From positions 101,800,595-101,864,594 of the forward strand of contig NC_090382.1 of NCBI RefSeq assembly GCF_036365525.1: 64,000 bases of DNA. Direction: 5' to 3'. The position numbers and the translations under genes were made by a program. Source of the stretch: Heterodontus francisci (Eukaryota). The notes below the pieces were generated by a model that saw only the letters and a program-made list of their open reading frames with translations, made no database searches and was not told the DNA's origin. Below are positions 25,079 through 38,500 of this stretch, one piece after another. The first letter of the stretch is position 1, and each line of letters begins with the position of its first letter.

Positions 25079-25452
25079 GATGTCCTAGGCTTGAAATAAT
25101 TGTGTTCTAATGAATATAACCATCTTCCTTTGTTCCAGGTATGACTCCAGTCATTGGAGAGTATTTCCTCTCATCTGCATTCACATCAGTTTTACTGGGG
25201 CTGCTTGGTGTCACACTAGGTTAATCGTTGCCTTAAAGTGCAGTATTATAAACATATGTTCTTTCTTTATAACTCCTGTGTGCAAGCATGTATATATGTA
25301 TGTGAACATGTGTAACCATTTTACAGACCTACACTTTCTTTTTATTCGTTCTTGGGATGTGGGCATCACTGGCAAGCTGGGGATCTCAGGAAGAGACCAA
25401 GATGGATTATCCACTCAGCTCATTTGGCTTCACTTCACTGGCATTGCATATA

Positions 25453-25795
25453 GAATCATAGAGAGATACAGCACTGAAACAGGCCCTTTGGCCCACCGAG
25501 TCTGTGCCGACCATCAACCACCCATTATTACTAATCCTACATTAATCCCATATTCCCTACCACATCCCCACCTTCCCTCAATTCTCCTACCACCTACCTA
25601 CACTAGGGGCAATTTACAATGGCCAATTTACCTATCAACCTGCAGGTCTTTGGCTGTGGGAGGAAACCGGAGCACCTGGCGGAAGCCCACGCGGTCACAG
25701 GGAGAACTTGCAAACTCCGCACAGGCAGTGGCCAGAACCGAACCCATGTCGCTGGAGCTGTGAGGCTGCAGTGCTAATCACCGCACCGCTGTGCC
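25453..25795 (-). mobile_element. HE1-like shark SINE
   Basis: Reverse complement of the head ggcacagcggtgcggtgattagcactgcagcctcacagctccag plus a CR1-type tail; second copy at 54648-54969 (+). Confidence 0.8.
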
Positions 25796-26509
25796 TCTCC
25801 CTTATATGTTAAGGGAGAGGATTGTGACAGATATGGAGAGATATCAGGCACAAGTTCACTGCAGCTGGGGCAGGCAGAAATGATAATGCAGGTGTCAGCT
25901 CACAGGAGAGTGAGGTTGTGCACTAGTTCTGCTGCAGAGGATTTAGATATTGACTTTGATGAACCAGATTGCAGGTTGTATAAATACCTAAATGCACTGC
26001 AGAGCCTGCCGGAAAGTTTATGGAGGAGCATGGAGGAGTCCGGCATTTACTTGGCTCAGGCCTTAGTACAGATCTTGGATTCCATCCTTTACACTATGGA
26101 TGGAGTAGCTACCTCCAGAAGCACATCTGTGGAACCAGCCATGATGCAACAGCTGATGGCCGATATGTGAGCTTCTATTGCAGCATAGCCAACACCAGTC
26201 AATCTCTGAGTCATTCAGTGGAAGCTCAAACTGTTATCATGTAAAGTTAGTTTGCTGCCATTGACACTTAAGGCTGTTGCCATCTTGGCTTTAGCTGCCA
26301 GTGTGCGAAAAGGCTTCCAGGACATCACAGCACTGCTGCAATCTGTTTTCCGACAGATATGCTCCCAAAGACCAGCTGTGGATATCGCCTCCTGCTGAGA
26401 TCCCTTCTCCCCTTCTCCCTCTTCCTCTCCTAGCAGCTTGTCCTGCTCTGTGTGACCTCTTCTCATTCTCCCTGTCATGTTTAATGCCAAGAGGAAGCCG
26501 TTCTAGGCT

Positions 26510-28222
26510 ATACGAACATACGAATTAGGAGCAAGAGTAGGCCACTCAGCCCTTCATAAGGATTCTGCAAGAGGATATAGATAGGTTGAGTGAGTGGGCA
26601 AAAACTCAGCAGATGGAGTTCAATGTAGGAAAGTGTGAGGTCACGCACTTTGGTAGGAAGAATCAAATGGCAGACTTTTATGTAAATGGAGAGAGACTTC
26701 AAAAAAGTGTAGCACAGAGGGATCTGGGTGTTTTTGTGTACGAAACACAAAATGTTAGCATGCAGGTGCAGCAAGTAATTAAGAAGGCAAATGGAATTTT
26801 GGCCTTTATTGCTCGGGGGTTGGAGTTTAAAAATAAGGAAGTCTTTTGTTACAACTGTAGAGGGCGTTGGTGAGGCTGCACCTGGAGTACTGTGTACAGT
26901 TTTGGTTCCCGTACTTAAGAAAGGATATACTGGCTTGGAGGCAGTTCAAAAGGATTCACTAGGCTGATTCCTGGGATGAAGGGGTTGACTTATCAAGAAT
27001 GGCTAAACAGGTTAGGCCTTTATTCGTTAGCGTTTAGAAGAATGAGGGTTGATCTTACTGAAACGTACAAGATTCTGAGGGGGTTTGACAGGGTAGATGT
27101 TGAGAAGATGTTTCCACTAGTGGGGGAATCTCAAACTAGGGGACATAGTTACAGAATAAGGGAACACTCATTTAAAACTAAGATGCAAAGGAATTTCTTC
27201 TCTCAGAGGCTGTTGAATGTCGGGAATTCTATACCCCAGAGAGTTGTGGAGGCTAGATCACTGAAAGTATTTAAAGAAGAAGTACATAGATTTTTGAAAT
27301 ATCAGGGAGTTGAGGGCTATGAGGAGCTGGCACGAAAAAGGAGTTGAGTTCTGGGGCAGATCAGCCATGATCTTATTGAATGGCGGGAAAGGCTTGAGAG
27401 GCCGAATGGCCTAGTCCTGCTCCTAGTTCTTATGTTATTATTGTACTTCGCCATTCAATAAGTTCATGGCTGAACTGATTACTCCACATTTCCACCTACC
27501 CCTGATAACCTACCCCCGCTTGCTTATCAAGAATCTATCTACCTCTGCCTTAAAAATATTCAAAGACTCTGCTTCCACGGCCTTTTGAGGAACAGAATTC
27601 CAAAGATTCACCACCCTTTGAGAGAAAAAATTTCTCCTCATCTCTGTCTTAAATGGGAAACCCCTTATTGTTAAACAGTGACCTGTAGTTTGAGATTCCC
27701 CCACAAGGGGAAACATCCTTTCCACATCCACCCTGGCAAGACCCCTCAGGATCTTCTATGTTTCAATCAAGTCGCGTCTTACTCTTCTAAATTCCAGCAG
27801 ATACAAGCCTAGCCTGTCCAATCTTTCCTCGTAAGACCGCCCGCCCATTCCAGGTATTATTCTGGTAAAGCTTCTCTGTACTGCCTCCAATGCATTTTCA
27901 TCCTTCTTTGAATAAGGAGACCAGTACTGTACACAGTACTCCAGATGTGGTCTCACCAATGCTCTGTATAGCTGAAGCATAACCTCCCTACTTTTGTATT
28001 CAATTCCCCTCGCGATAAATGATAACATTCTATTAGCTTTCCTAATTATGTGCTGTACCTGCATACTAGCCTTTTGCGATTCATGCACTGGGACACCCAG
28101 ATCCCTCTGCATCTCAGAGCTCTGCAATCTCTCACCATTTAGATAATATGCTTCTTTTTTATTTTTCCTGCCAAAGTGGACAATTTCACACCTTCCCACT
28201 TTATACTCCATTTGCCAGGTCA
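26510..28222. mobile_element. Two CR1 3' fragments tail-to-tail (26510-27440 +, 27445-28222 -)
   Basis: WQMEFNVGKCEV, LVRPHLEYCVQ and RNFFSQRV motifs on opposite strands. Confidence 0.9.
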
Positions 28223-29909
28223 CCTATGTCTGGAAGCAACTGTTCTGCGTACAAATCTTTAAGTCATTAAAAAAGTACTTCAGCATGAGCCAGACTGTTC
28301 CCTGCAGATGACTGGAACCTTTAACATGTAGTGAAAAGCATCCAAAATGTGTGGAATTGCATTAACAGGCAGAAGAAATAAACCAGCAACAAGGCCGTGC
28401 AGTTGATGATCTTTTTACATAGCACTGATGGGGAAGTCCTTCATGCCATTAAATGTGTACTCAGCTATGGGACATTAATAGACTGTGTAGGCTGCAGTGT
28501 TGATCTCTAAAATCTTAAAATTAGCATTAGATGCTGATTGATGCCATGGTCTGCCTGCTCAGCATGCTGCCAGCTGACATTAGGTATGTGCATGCTAACC
28601 TTTTGATCAATATAGCATCAAGAGCACTTCACAATGTGAACACAATGTGAACACATAAACCAGAGGCTGGTTTATAAGGGCAGGAGCATTGTATCATTTC
28701 ACACACACTGGGCTGAAGTTTGTTGAGCTCCTGACGTCGGGCTCCGTGATGAAGGGGCCCGGAAGATCGGAGCGACAGCGGCCCACCACAGAGCCCGACA
28801 CCAGGAATCCCAGGCCTGATCTTCCCGGTGGTGGGGAAGCTCCATGTCGGGACATCCGCTGCCCTGCGGTGGGACCCATATTTCAATATTCAAATTACCT
28901 ATTTAAACCCATTTAAGTGGAAGCCGGAGCGATCTTACAGGCAGTTCCACATCTTCCGAGTAACAGCGGCACTCCCCGCCTTAACATTCCCTGGTGCCTT
29001 AACAAAGCTGGTGTCACTGAGGTGGAGAAGGTGGGAACTCTGCATTTGTAGTGAAGTTGGGGGAGGAGGTGGCCAACTCCTCACTTAGGTCAGTTACGGG
29101 GTTGAAATTGGTCAACTCTGCACTTAGTGCTGTTAGGATGAAAAAGGGGTAAACTGGGCTTTTCTGCTGTAGAAGTTGGGGGCGGGTCAAACTTTATTTT
29201 TTGTTGCAGTTGTGGGGTGGGGATGGGGTCAATTTTGATCTGTCAACACAGGCCTTTAAAAATGGAGCCAGCACCTGCGCAGAAGCCGAGGCCGCCCTCA
29301 CCACGTGATTAGGGGGGGGGCGGCCGTCATGCATATTAGAGCCGCCGTGCACTACATTGCGGCAGCATGGCGGCCCGTGCATGTGGGCCACCATTTTTTT
29401 TCACTCGCTGCCACGTCCAGCGACACGACAATAAAATTCAACCCACTATATTACTGTGCTGATAAAGGAAATCTAAGATAACTCATAGTTGTTTGGTAGT
29501 ACAAAACATTGATAACTCAATGGGACAATTTAAGACTGCAAGGTGTAATTTCCAAGTTCATTTAGAAGGGAACAGGTTTCAGGCAGATGCTTCTGTCAGT
29601 CAGAGCTTCCACTTTTCCTTGTATTATATTCAATGAAGGAGCTGAACCAAAAGTAAGAACAGTCTTCAAGCTCATACTAAGGACTGTCAAAGAAGTTTGT
29701 TTGTAATGGTGCATCTGTTCTCTTACATTTTATTTTGTTTGATTCCTTAACTTTCTCTTTCTCTGTGAGACGTTTTCAACTAAATCGGACATCATTGATC
29801 AAAGAACTGAGTAGCCAGCAGAACTTTGAAGGATAATAAAAACCTCAAATAGAACCAGAGTATCACTGGGGAAACCAGAAACCCAAACTGACTTTTGGCG
29901 ACCACTGAT

Positions 29910-30485
29910 ACAACAACAGCTTGTATTTATATAGCACCTTTAACATAGTAAAACATCCCAAGGCACCTCACAGGAGTCTTATCAAACGAAATTTGACGTC
30001 AAGCCAAATAAAGACATATTAGGGAAGACGACCAGAAACTTGGTAAATTGTTAAGTTTTAAGGAGCATCTCAAAGGAGGAAACTGAGATAGAGAGGCAGA
30101 GAGGTTCAGAAAGGGAATACTAGAGCTTGGGGCCACGACAGCTGAAGGCACAGCCTCCAATGGTGGAGTGATGAAAATCGGGGATGCTCAAGGGGGCAGA
30201 ACTGGAGCAGCACAAATATGTTGGAGGATTGTAGGGCTGGAGGTGATTGCAGAGATTGGGAGAGGCGAATCCATGGAGGGATTTCAAAACAAGGAAGAGC
30301 ATTTTAAAATTGTGGTGTTGCTTAACCGGGAGCCAGTGGAGGTCATCGAGCACTGGAGTAATGAGTGAACGGGACTTGGTGCAAGTTAAGACACAGAAAG
30401 CAGAGTTTTGGATGACTTCAAGTTTACAGAGGGTAGAATGTGGGAGGCTGGCCAGGAGTGCATTGGAATAGTCACGTCTAGAAGG
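29910..30485 (-). mobile_element. L2-like LINE 3' fragment
   Basis: SRRDYSNALL...ITPVLDDLHWLPV in ORF 30120-30542. Confidence 0.85.
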
Positions 30486-30794
30486 AAGAAAGGGATTGAT
30501 GAAAATGTTACATTGACCAGGCAACATGCAGGAAAGCTTCAAATGCGTAAATCAGCAGATGGCAGTCATTGAGTTGTAAGAAACTTACTTCATGGAGTTT
30601 TGTGAAAAAGGAGATGAAACCAAATAAATAATTACCTGATGTCTTGAATAGGCTGAAGAGGAGCAGGGTGCAACAGGAATTGATCTGAAGGAGTGAAAGA
30701 TCAAACAGTAGGGATCATCAAGCCAAGCGCTCAGCTATTCAATCCACATTTACATCCTTTAAAAAGGAGTATGATTTCAGTAAGGATAGCCTAC

Positions 30795-30960
30795 CTTGTG
30801 GGAAGAGACAAGTGAAAAAGTGCAGAGACGGAGCAGCAAAGCTCCTTGCACAGTGATACGCAGCAAACTGAGGTTGTCAATTGTTACACCACACAAAGTA
30901 ATTGACGTTGTCTCTTGTGAAACAGCAGGATAAGTGAGTTTTCTCTTCCTTTTCAGATCA
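30795..30960 (-). promoter_or_regulatory. Candidate non-coding first exon and promoter of gene B
   Basis: Unique island with donor CAAG|gtaggc at 30795, near RUNX (TGTGGT 30888-30893), CRE-like (TGACGT 30903-30908), GATA (30929-30934) and ETS (AGGAAG about 30945-30950) motifs; the leader exon has an acceptor and so needs an upstream exon. Confidence 0.35.
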
Positions 30961-33179
30961 GATTTCAGACATCACTGGTGTTGTGTACATTGCAGCTGAG
31001 ATCGAAAATGGGGTCAAAATAGGACATAGAACGAACTTATCAAACTCAAAAACATTACGGGATGGGTAACAAAGCGATCAATCTTGGAACCTGTTACTTT
31101 AAAGGTTACTGGAGGATCTCAAATGGCAGAGCTCATGGTAAATCTGAGAATCTGCTGTTTTATAATGAAAGCAGCCATTATATCATGAAGGGCCAGAGAT
31201 TTTTTTTTCTTTTATGGGATGTAGCCATCACTGGCAAGGCCAGCTTTTGTTCCCATTCCTAATTGCCCTTGAATGGAGTGGCTTGCTAGGCCATTTCGGA
31301 GGGCAGTTAAGAGTTAACCACATTGCTGTGGGTCTGCAGTCACATTTAGGCCAGACCAGGTAACGACAGCAGATTTATTTTCTAAAGGACATGAGGGAAC
31401 CAGATGGGTTTTTATGACAAACAATGATAGTTTCATGGTCCCATTCGTGAGAGTAGCTTTCAATTCCAGATTCTTATTTAATAATTGAATTTATTAATTC
31501 ATTGAAATTAAATTCCACCACCTGCTATGGTAGGATTTAAAACCGTGTCCCCAGGGTATTAGCCTGGGCCTCTGGATTACTAGTCCAGTGACATTACCAC
31601 CACACCACCATCTCCCCTATATTCGCTAAAATTCTGGTGTTCCAGCTCTGCTGCCTATAGAGACAGTCGGAATGCATCTGTCTCTAATCCAGTGATGAAG
31701 GAAGCAGTGTTGGATCTGGTTCTGGGGAATGACATGGGAAAGTGTTGTATGTTACAGTTGGAGACCATTTAGCCGACAGCAACAACAACATCATTCAATG
31801 TAGAGTAATTACAGAAAGAGACCATAAAATATTGAAGGTAAAACTGGTTTTCTGGGTAAGAGCTAAATTCAGTGATTTTCGAAGGGACCCAGCACAGGTA
31901 GATTGGAGAATGTGATTGCCGGGTAAAACAATGAAGGAGCAATGAAGGGCGAACAGGGTAGGGACGGTTCAGGCACAAACTAGGCATATTCCTTTGAAGT
32001 GAACAGTAGAATACCCAAAGATAATGCAACCTAGATGAAAGGGGAAATAAAAGTTCAAATAAAAGAGAAAATGGAGGCTTATGGAAAACATCATTGTTAT
32101 GAACGCTGGACCTTGTAACACGATTATGTTTAAAAATTGTGATTTTTTAAAAGTTCGTGGATTCTAGAAGGTCATGTGACATCACATCCACTCTGCAAAA
32201 GGACAAGGCAGATGTCTTCGTTACCAGGACAACTGATAACACAGATAAAAGAATTTCTTCTGAAAAATAGTGACTGCAGCGCTAACACCTGAAGAACAAT
32301 GGGTTGCACCCTCCCAGACTTTCGGGTTGTAAAACAAGGAGTCAGTCTTCAGAAGGTGCAAATGTACCAGGCAGCTGGTAACACCTGGGAACAATAGAAG
32401 GCCCAAGTGACTCCGTGAAACCAGACTTCTAGACTCCGCATATTGGAACATTACAATAAGCTATTGACATTTGAGTCCAGATATATTTAGCAGACTTTCA
32501 GAAGGCAGGCAGGCTGTCAGAAGGGAGCCCAGAGGTTGCAGCCTCACAGCAGGCTGTAATAAAGAAAGACAACCAACAGTGTCAGCTCGAGAGACGGAGA
32601 GAGAGAGGGAGAGGGAACACCTGCTCTTGGAAGCCTGATACAGCAAAAAGCTGCAACGACTTGAACCTATTTTGAAAGTTGAACCTTGGGGAGATGTAGA
32701 AGACCAGTGTGGGAGCACCAGGAATCACCTTATTCATTAACGTCCAGCTCGGAAGTGCTCAGAAAAGTGAGCGAAGAGAACATTGATTTTTGAAAAACTC
32801 TGGGCGATCCAACCCATGTAACTCGGAGGAGTTTGGGACTTTCAACTGCAAAGGATTTTGCCAGAAAAAAGGACTGTGGAATGTATAGGTGTGGAGTGAG
32901 GTTTTCAACTATTTTAATAAGTAAAGAAAATACCTTTCGTTGTCATTTGGGCAGCAGCTACTTGTAAAGTACTATTTAATTAATTGGGGTTTTCTTTTAG
33001 TTTAGATGTTACGATAGAATCTTAAATTGTAAAATCTTGGGTAATTCTTGAAATTTGTCTGCGGGTTCATTTTTCACATCAATGATCTCATTGAGGTCAT
33101 ATCACCATCAATATCATTGGGGTTGCCATTGACCAGAGGTTTAACTGGACCAGCCATATAAATACTGCGGCTACAAGAT

Positions 33180-34785
33180 AGCATTGAAAAGGAGAAGGTA
33201 TTAGCGGTTTTAGCGGATTTAAAAGTGCATAAACCACCAGGCCCAGATGAGATGTATCCCAGGCTTTTAAGTAAGGCAAGGGAGGAGATAGCAGGGGCTC
33301 TGACACAAATTTTCAAATCCTCTCTGGCCACAGGAGAGGTGCCAGAGGATTGGAGGACAGCAAATGTGGTACCATTATTCAAAAAGGATAGCAGGGATAA
33401 ACCAGGTAATTGCAGGCCGGTGAGTCTAACATCAGTGGTAAGGAAACTATGGGAAAAAATTTTGACGGACAGGATTACTCTCCACTTGGAGAGGCAGGGA
33501 TTAATCAAGGATAGTCAGCATGGCTTTGTCAGGGGGAAGTCATGTCTAACAAACCTAACTGAACTTTTCAAGGAGTTGACTAGATGTGTAGATGAGGGTA
33601 AAGCAGTTGATGTATTCTACATGGACTTCAGTAAGGTTTTTGATAAGGTTCCGCATGGGAGATTGGTAAGAAGGTAAGAGCCCATGGGATCCAGGGCAAT
33701 TTGGCAAAATGGATCCAAAATTGGCATGGTGGCAGGAGGCAGAGGGTGATGATCAAGGGTTGTTTTTGTGATTGGAAGCCTGTGACCAGTGGTGTACCGT
33801 AGGGATCGGTGCTGGGACCCTTGCTGTTTGTAGTGTACATTAATGATTTAGACGTGAATATAGAAGGTATGATCAGTAAGTTTGCAGATGACATGAAAAT
33901 TGGTGGTTTTGTAAATAGTGAGGAGGAAAGCCTTAGATTACAGGACGATATAGATGGACTGGTAAGATGGGCAGAGCAGTGGCAAATGGAATTTAATCCT
34001 GAGAAGTGTGAGTTGATGCAATTTGGGAGGACTAACAAGGCAAGGTGGTAAGATCCTAGGAAGTACAGAGGCTCAGAGGGACCTTGGCCTACTTGTCCAT
34101 AGATCACTGAAGGCAGCAGCATAGGTAGCTAAGGTGGTTAGGAAGGCATATGGGATACTTGCCTTTATTAGCCGAGGCATAGAATATAAGAGCAGGAAGA
34201 TTATGATAGAGCTCTATAAAACGCTAGTTAGGCCACAGCTTGAGTACTGCGTACAGTTCTGGTCGCCATACTATAGGAAGGATGTGATTGCACTGGAGAG
34301 GGCGCAGAGGAGATTCACCAGGATGTTGCCTGGGCTGGAGCATTTCAGCTATGAAGAGAGACTGAAAAGGCTAGGGTTGTTTTCCTTGGAGCAGAGAAGG
34401 CTGAGGGGAGACCTGATAGAAGTATACAAAATTATGAGAGGTATAGATAGGGTAGATAGGAAGAAACTTTTCCCCTTAGCCAAGGTGGCGATAACCCGGG
34501 GGCATAGATTTAAGTTAAGGGGCAGGAGGTTTAGACGGGATTAAATGAAAAATCTTTTCACCCAGAGGGTGGTTGGAATCTGGAACACACTGCCTAAAGG
34601 GGTGGTAGAGGCAAGAAGCCTCACAACATTTAAGAAGTATTTAGATGAGCACTTGAAATGCCATAGCATACAAGGTCATGGGCCAAGTGCTGGAAAATGG
34701 GATTCGAATAGATAGGTACTTGATGGCCGAATGGTCACAATGGGCCGAAGGGCATGTTTCTGTGCTGTAGAACTCTGTGACTCCA
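33180..34785 (+). mobile_element. CR1 LINE RT region to 3' end
   Basis: PGPDEMYPRLL, QHGFVRGKSCLTNL, KFADD and LEYCVQFWSP in ORFs 33225, 33809 and 34134. Confidence 0.92.
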
Positions 34786-35564
34786 ATGGCAGGTCAGAGA
34801 CTGACTCATTTTACCTCTTACCCACATCCTCAAGATGTTGAAGTCACATACATGGTAACTGACAAAAAGTTGACCAACAGCTTTAAAAAAAGCTGACATA
34901 CAATCAGAAAGGCCTACAACTCCAAAACCACCCTGAATGAGTTTGCGATATATGAGCACTTGTACTTGTGGAAATCAAGAGCAAGTCACTTGCTGCTGAA
35001 TGGGGCTGATATGGTATAAGGTTCAATGTGATTCAGCTAGAACCTATTAAAACAAGGATTTTCTAATTATGCTTGGAACAAACATTATTATTTCCTTGAC
35101 TGTGAAATAGCCATTTAACATTTTTCTTCAAGTATTTTCTTTCTTAATTGTTTCTTATGTATATTCAAATTGTAAAATCCGAGGTTAAAATTTATTTTAT
35201 TAGCCTAATCTTATTTTCCATTGTGTATTCACATTCATTCTTAGCAACCTAAAGGTTAAAATGAGTTTAGCAATATAGTATCAGTGGCTAGTAATGATGC
35301 AAGAGCATTCCTAAATATATTTATTCATTGTTGGGAATCAGGATCTATAATTTTCTTACTATTTTTTCTCGAATTTTATTTTATATTGAGGAAAAAGTTT
35401 TTACAGAATTGCACATAGAATCATAGAATAGTACAGCACAGAAGGAGGCCATTTGACCCATCGAGTCTGCACCAGCTCCTTTGAAGAGCAATCCAGTTAG
35501 TCCCATTCCCTTGCTTTTTCCCCAATTCTTGCAGGTATTTTTTCACCTTCAAAATGTATGAGCT

Positions 35565-35995
35565 GTGGCTTAATCAATAGCACTCTCTTCTATAAATCTT
35601 TGGGTTCAAGTCCCACTCCAGGACTTAAGCACAAAACTCGAGGCTGACACTCCACTGCTGCACTGTTGGAGATGCTATCTTTTGGATGAGATGTAAAACC
35701 GAGGTCCAGTCTGCCCTCACAAGTGGATGTAAAAGGTTCTACTGTGTATGTCAAAGCAAAGCAGGGGAGATATTGCCGGTGTCCTGGCAAATATTTATCC
35801 CTCAATCACCAGCACAAAAACAGATTATCTGGTCATTATCACATTGCTGTTTGTGGGAGCTTGCTGTGTGCAAATTGGCTGCCACATTTCCTACATTACA
35901 CAATGACTACACTTCCAAATTACTTCATTAGCTGTAAAGTGTTTTGAGATGTTCGGTGGTTGTGAATGGTGCTAAATAAATGTAAGTCTTTAAGT
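35565..35995 (+). mobile_element. Deu-domain SINE (SacSINE1-like)
   Basis: B-box gggttcaagtcccactcc, core cttttggatgagatgtaaaaccgaggtcc and an L2-like tail. Confidence 0.65.
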
Positions 35996-37459
35996 CTTTC
36001 ATTTTTACTTCATGCTGCAAAGTGTACCCAAAATTATTACTCATCTTGAAGAAAAAAAATCAAAAAGGTTATGAAAGTTTAGGAGAGTACGGGTTTACAG
36101 ACACAAGGTTTAACTTTTTTTACCCTATTTTTGGTACATTTCCTACATGTTAGAATCTAGTGTGACAATGGACAGTAATTTTTTCCTTACATTTAAAAAT
36201 GGAGAAATCTGAGGATTATTTTGAGAAAAGAAATCCTTGGCTCTAGGGGCTAGCACCCTGAGAGAGTGGTAAGGTGCCCCTCCAATTCTTCGAGCCACCC
36301 TCTTGGGTGGATGCACATGAGCTGCAAATAGCACAGGCCTTTGAGACAGGGACATCGCTGGGCAATACTGACTATCAGAAATCCCGCCCCCTGTGCTTCC
36401 ATTATGTGTAAGAGCCTCCAAGATTTTCAATCCAGGTAACACATGGTAAGCTCTTTAAGGCTTGTTAATTAGCAAGAGTTTCACATCATATTCATGGGAT
36501 TATGATGCATCCAACCTCCATAATCCCATTTTCTGGGAGGAAATGAGACAATGAAGGATGGAAAAGTCATGGGCACTGTGGTTTTTCCGCATAATAACTT
36601 GGAGTTGAAGCCCTTCAGGGCTGCATGGCTCTGGGTAGTAGAGGGCATTCTAGGAGAAGTTTCATTTTTGGGATGCCTCTCCACAGTCACCATTGATGAA
36701 TTTGTTTGGCTGCAACCCCACTTGAGCATAAGTGTTTTGCAGTAGCTGACACCAGTTCTAATGCAATTGACACACAGCCAATTAGGCTTTCGTCGACTCC
36801 TGAGGGGATGGATTCCTCTGGGTCATTGGACAACTCGTGTGCCTTTGTCTGTAGATGTGTTGACTAATCAGCAAGGTGGTAGCTGTGGGGGTTACAATCT
36901 AGGGGCTGGATAGTATGTAAGATGCTGGCCCTCGACTTGAGCCTCTTTGTTGCAGGCTCCTTCTGAACAAGGGGATGACGAGTGCTACTGGGGCACAGAA
37001 GGAGTTTGCACTTCGCGGTCCCTGTCAGGCTTTGTCGAGTCTGTGAATCCTTCTAAACGCTACACCTACCCTTTAGCTCCCATCAGGAGCCAACAAAAGT
37101 GCTACATTGCATAATTGAATCATCATTGTTGGACATTACACGTCTGAGATCTTAATTGAGTGGGCAGCAAACTTATGTGAAACATTATTTATTTTTCATA
37201 AAGAAGTTGCTGTTTAACATAGATGTACAGAAGCTGTGAAAGGATTGTTGAAAGTTCATTGAGAACCACTTCTGTTGTAAGTTTTTTTTTTCAAACATGA
37301 ACATAACTCATGAATAATAAGTATTGCAATGATTGTGTTAAATCAGAGAAATTACATAGGAAGGAAGGTCCATTTCTGTTCTCAGATAAAAATATCAGTA
37401 CCAAAAATATTATTTTCCACATATCTAACTCCAAGCTCTTCCTGCATCTCCGGTTCAGA

Positions 37460-37531
37460 TTATTTCTGTTTTACTTGTGCAATTTGTGCATAGATGACAG
37501 ATGAATCATCTTCCTTTGAATGAGCCGGGTT
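37460..37531 (-). CDS. Gene A last coding exon (ITIM VIYAQI)
   Basis: Acceptor tttctctcttgtag, phase 0; NPAHSKEDDSSVIYAQIAQVKQK*; possible poly(A) signal AATAAA (minus strand) at 37188-37193. Confidence 0.85.
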   Translation of the reverse strand, partial: NPAHSKEDDSSVIYAQIAQVKQK

Positions 37532-37599
37532 CTACAAGAGAGAAATTAACCATTTATAATAATGTGAACTATTAATGCATCTCTTTACATCAAATACAT

Positions 37600-38375
37600 C
37601 AGATCATGCAGCATGATCTGGACAACATTCAGGCTTGGGCTAAAAAGTGGCAAGTAACATTTGGGCAACACAAGTGCTAGGCAATGACCATCACCAAAAA
37701 AGAGAATCTAACCAGGTCCCCTTATCTTTCAATGGCATTATCTGGACCAGTCATATTAATACTGTGGCTACAAGAGCAGGTCAGAAGTTGGGAATTCTGC
37801 AGTGAGTAACTCACCTGCTGAGTCCCAAAATCCTGTCGACCATCTACCAGGCACAAGTCAACAGTGTGCTGGAATACTCTCCACTTGCCTGGATGAGTAC
37901 AGCTTAAACAACACTCAAGAAGCTCAACAGAATCCAAGACAAAGCAGCCTGTTTGTTTGGCACCCCATCCACCACCTTAAACATTCATTCCCTCCACCTC
38001 TGGCGCACAGTGGCAGCAGTGTGTACTATCTAGAAGATGCACTGCAGCAACTCGCCAAGCCTCCTTCGACCACACCTTCCAAACCTGTGACCTCTATCAC
38101 CTAGAAGTACAAGGGCAACAGATGCATGGGAACACCACCACCTGCAAGTTTCCTCCAAGTCACACATCATCCTGACTTGGAACTATATTGCAGTTCCTTC
38201 ACGGTCACTGGGTCAAAATCCTGGAACTCCCTTCCTAACAGCACTGTGCGTGCATCTACACCACATGGACTGCAGCTGTTCAAGAGGAAGCTCACCACTA
38301 CCTTCTCAAGGGCAATTACAAATGGGCAATATATATGGGCCTTGCCAGTGATGCTCACAAGTCATGAACGAGTAA
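37600..38375 (+). mobile_element. CR1/L2-clade LINE 3' fragment
   Basis: Same family as 18060-20078. Confidence 0.75.
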
Positions 38376-38456
38376 AAAAAAACAACTTTACAAATTTGTT
38401 GCAGATATTAATATTGTATGGCGTGTGATTTCATCAGTTGGAATTGATGTACTTAC

Positions 38457-38500
38457 AGTATCTGAAGATTGTTTATTGCGTTGAATACCATGTCTATGCC
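38457..38500 (-). CDS. Gene A cytoplasmic exon 4
   Basis: attattacag / gtaagt boundaries; 44 nt, phase 1-0; GHRHGIQRNKQSSDT; supplies exactly the phase change needed to reach the last exon. Confidence 0.78.

Noticed and set aside
36480-37120. Possible transposase remnant or extra gene in the intergenic region
   Set aside because: No consistent reading frame or motif could be established by eye.
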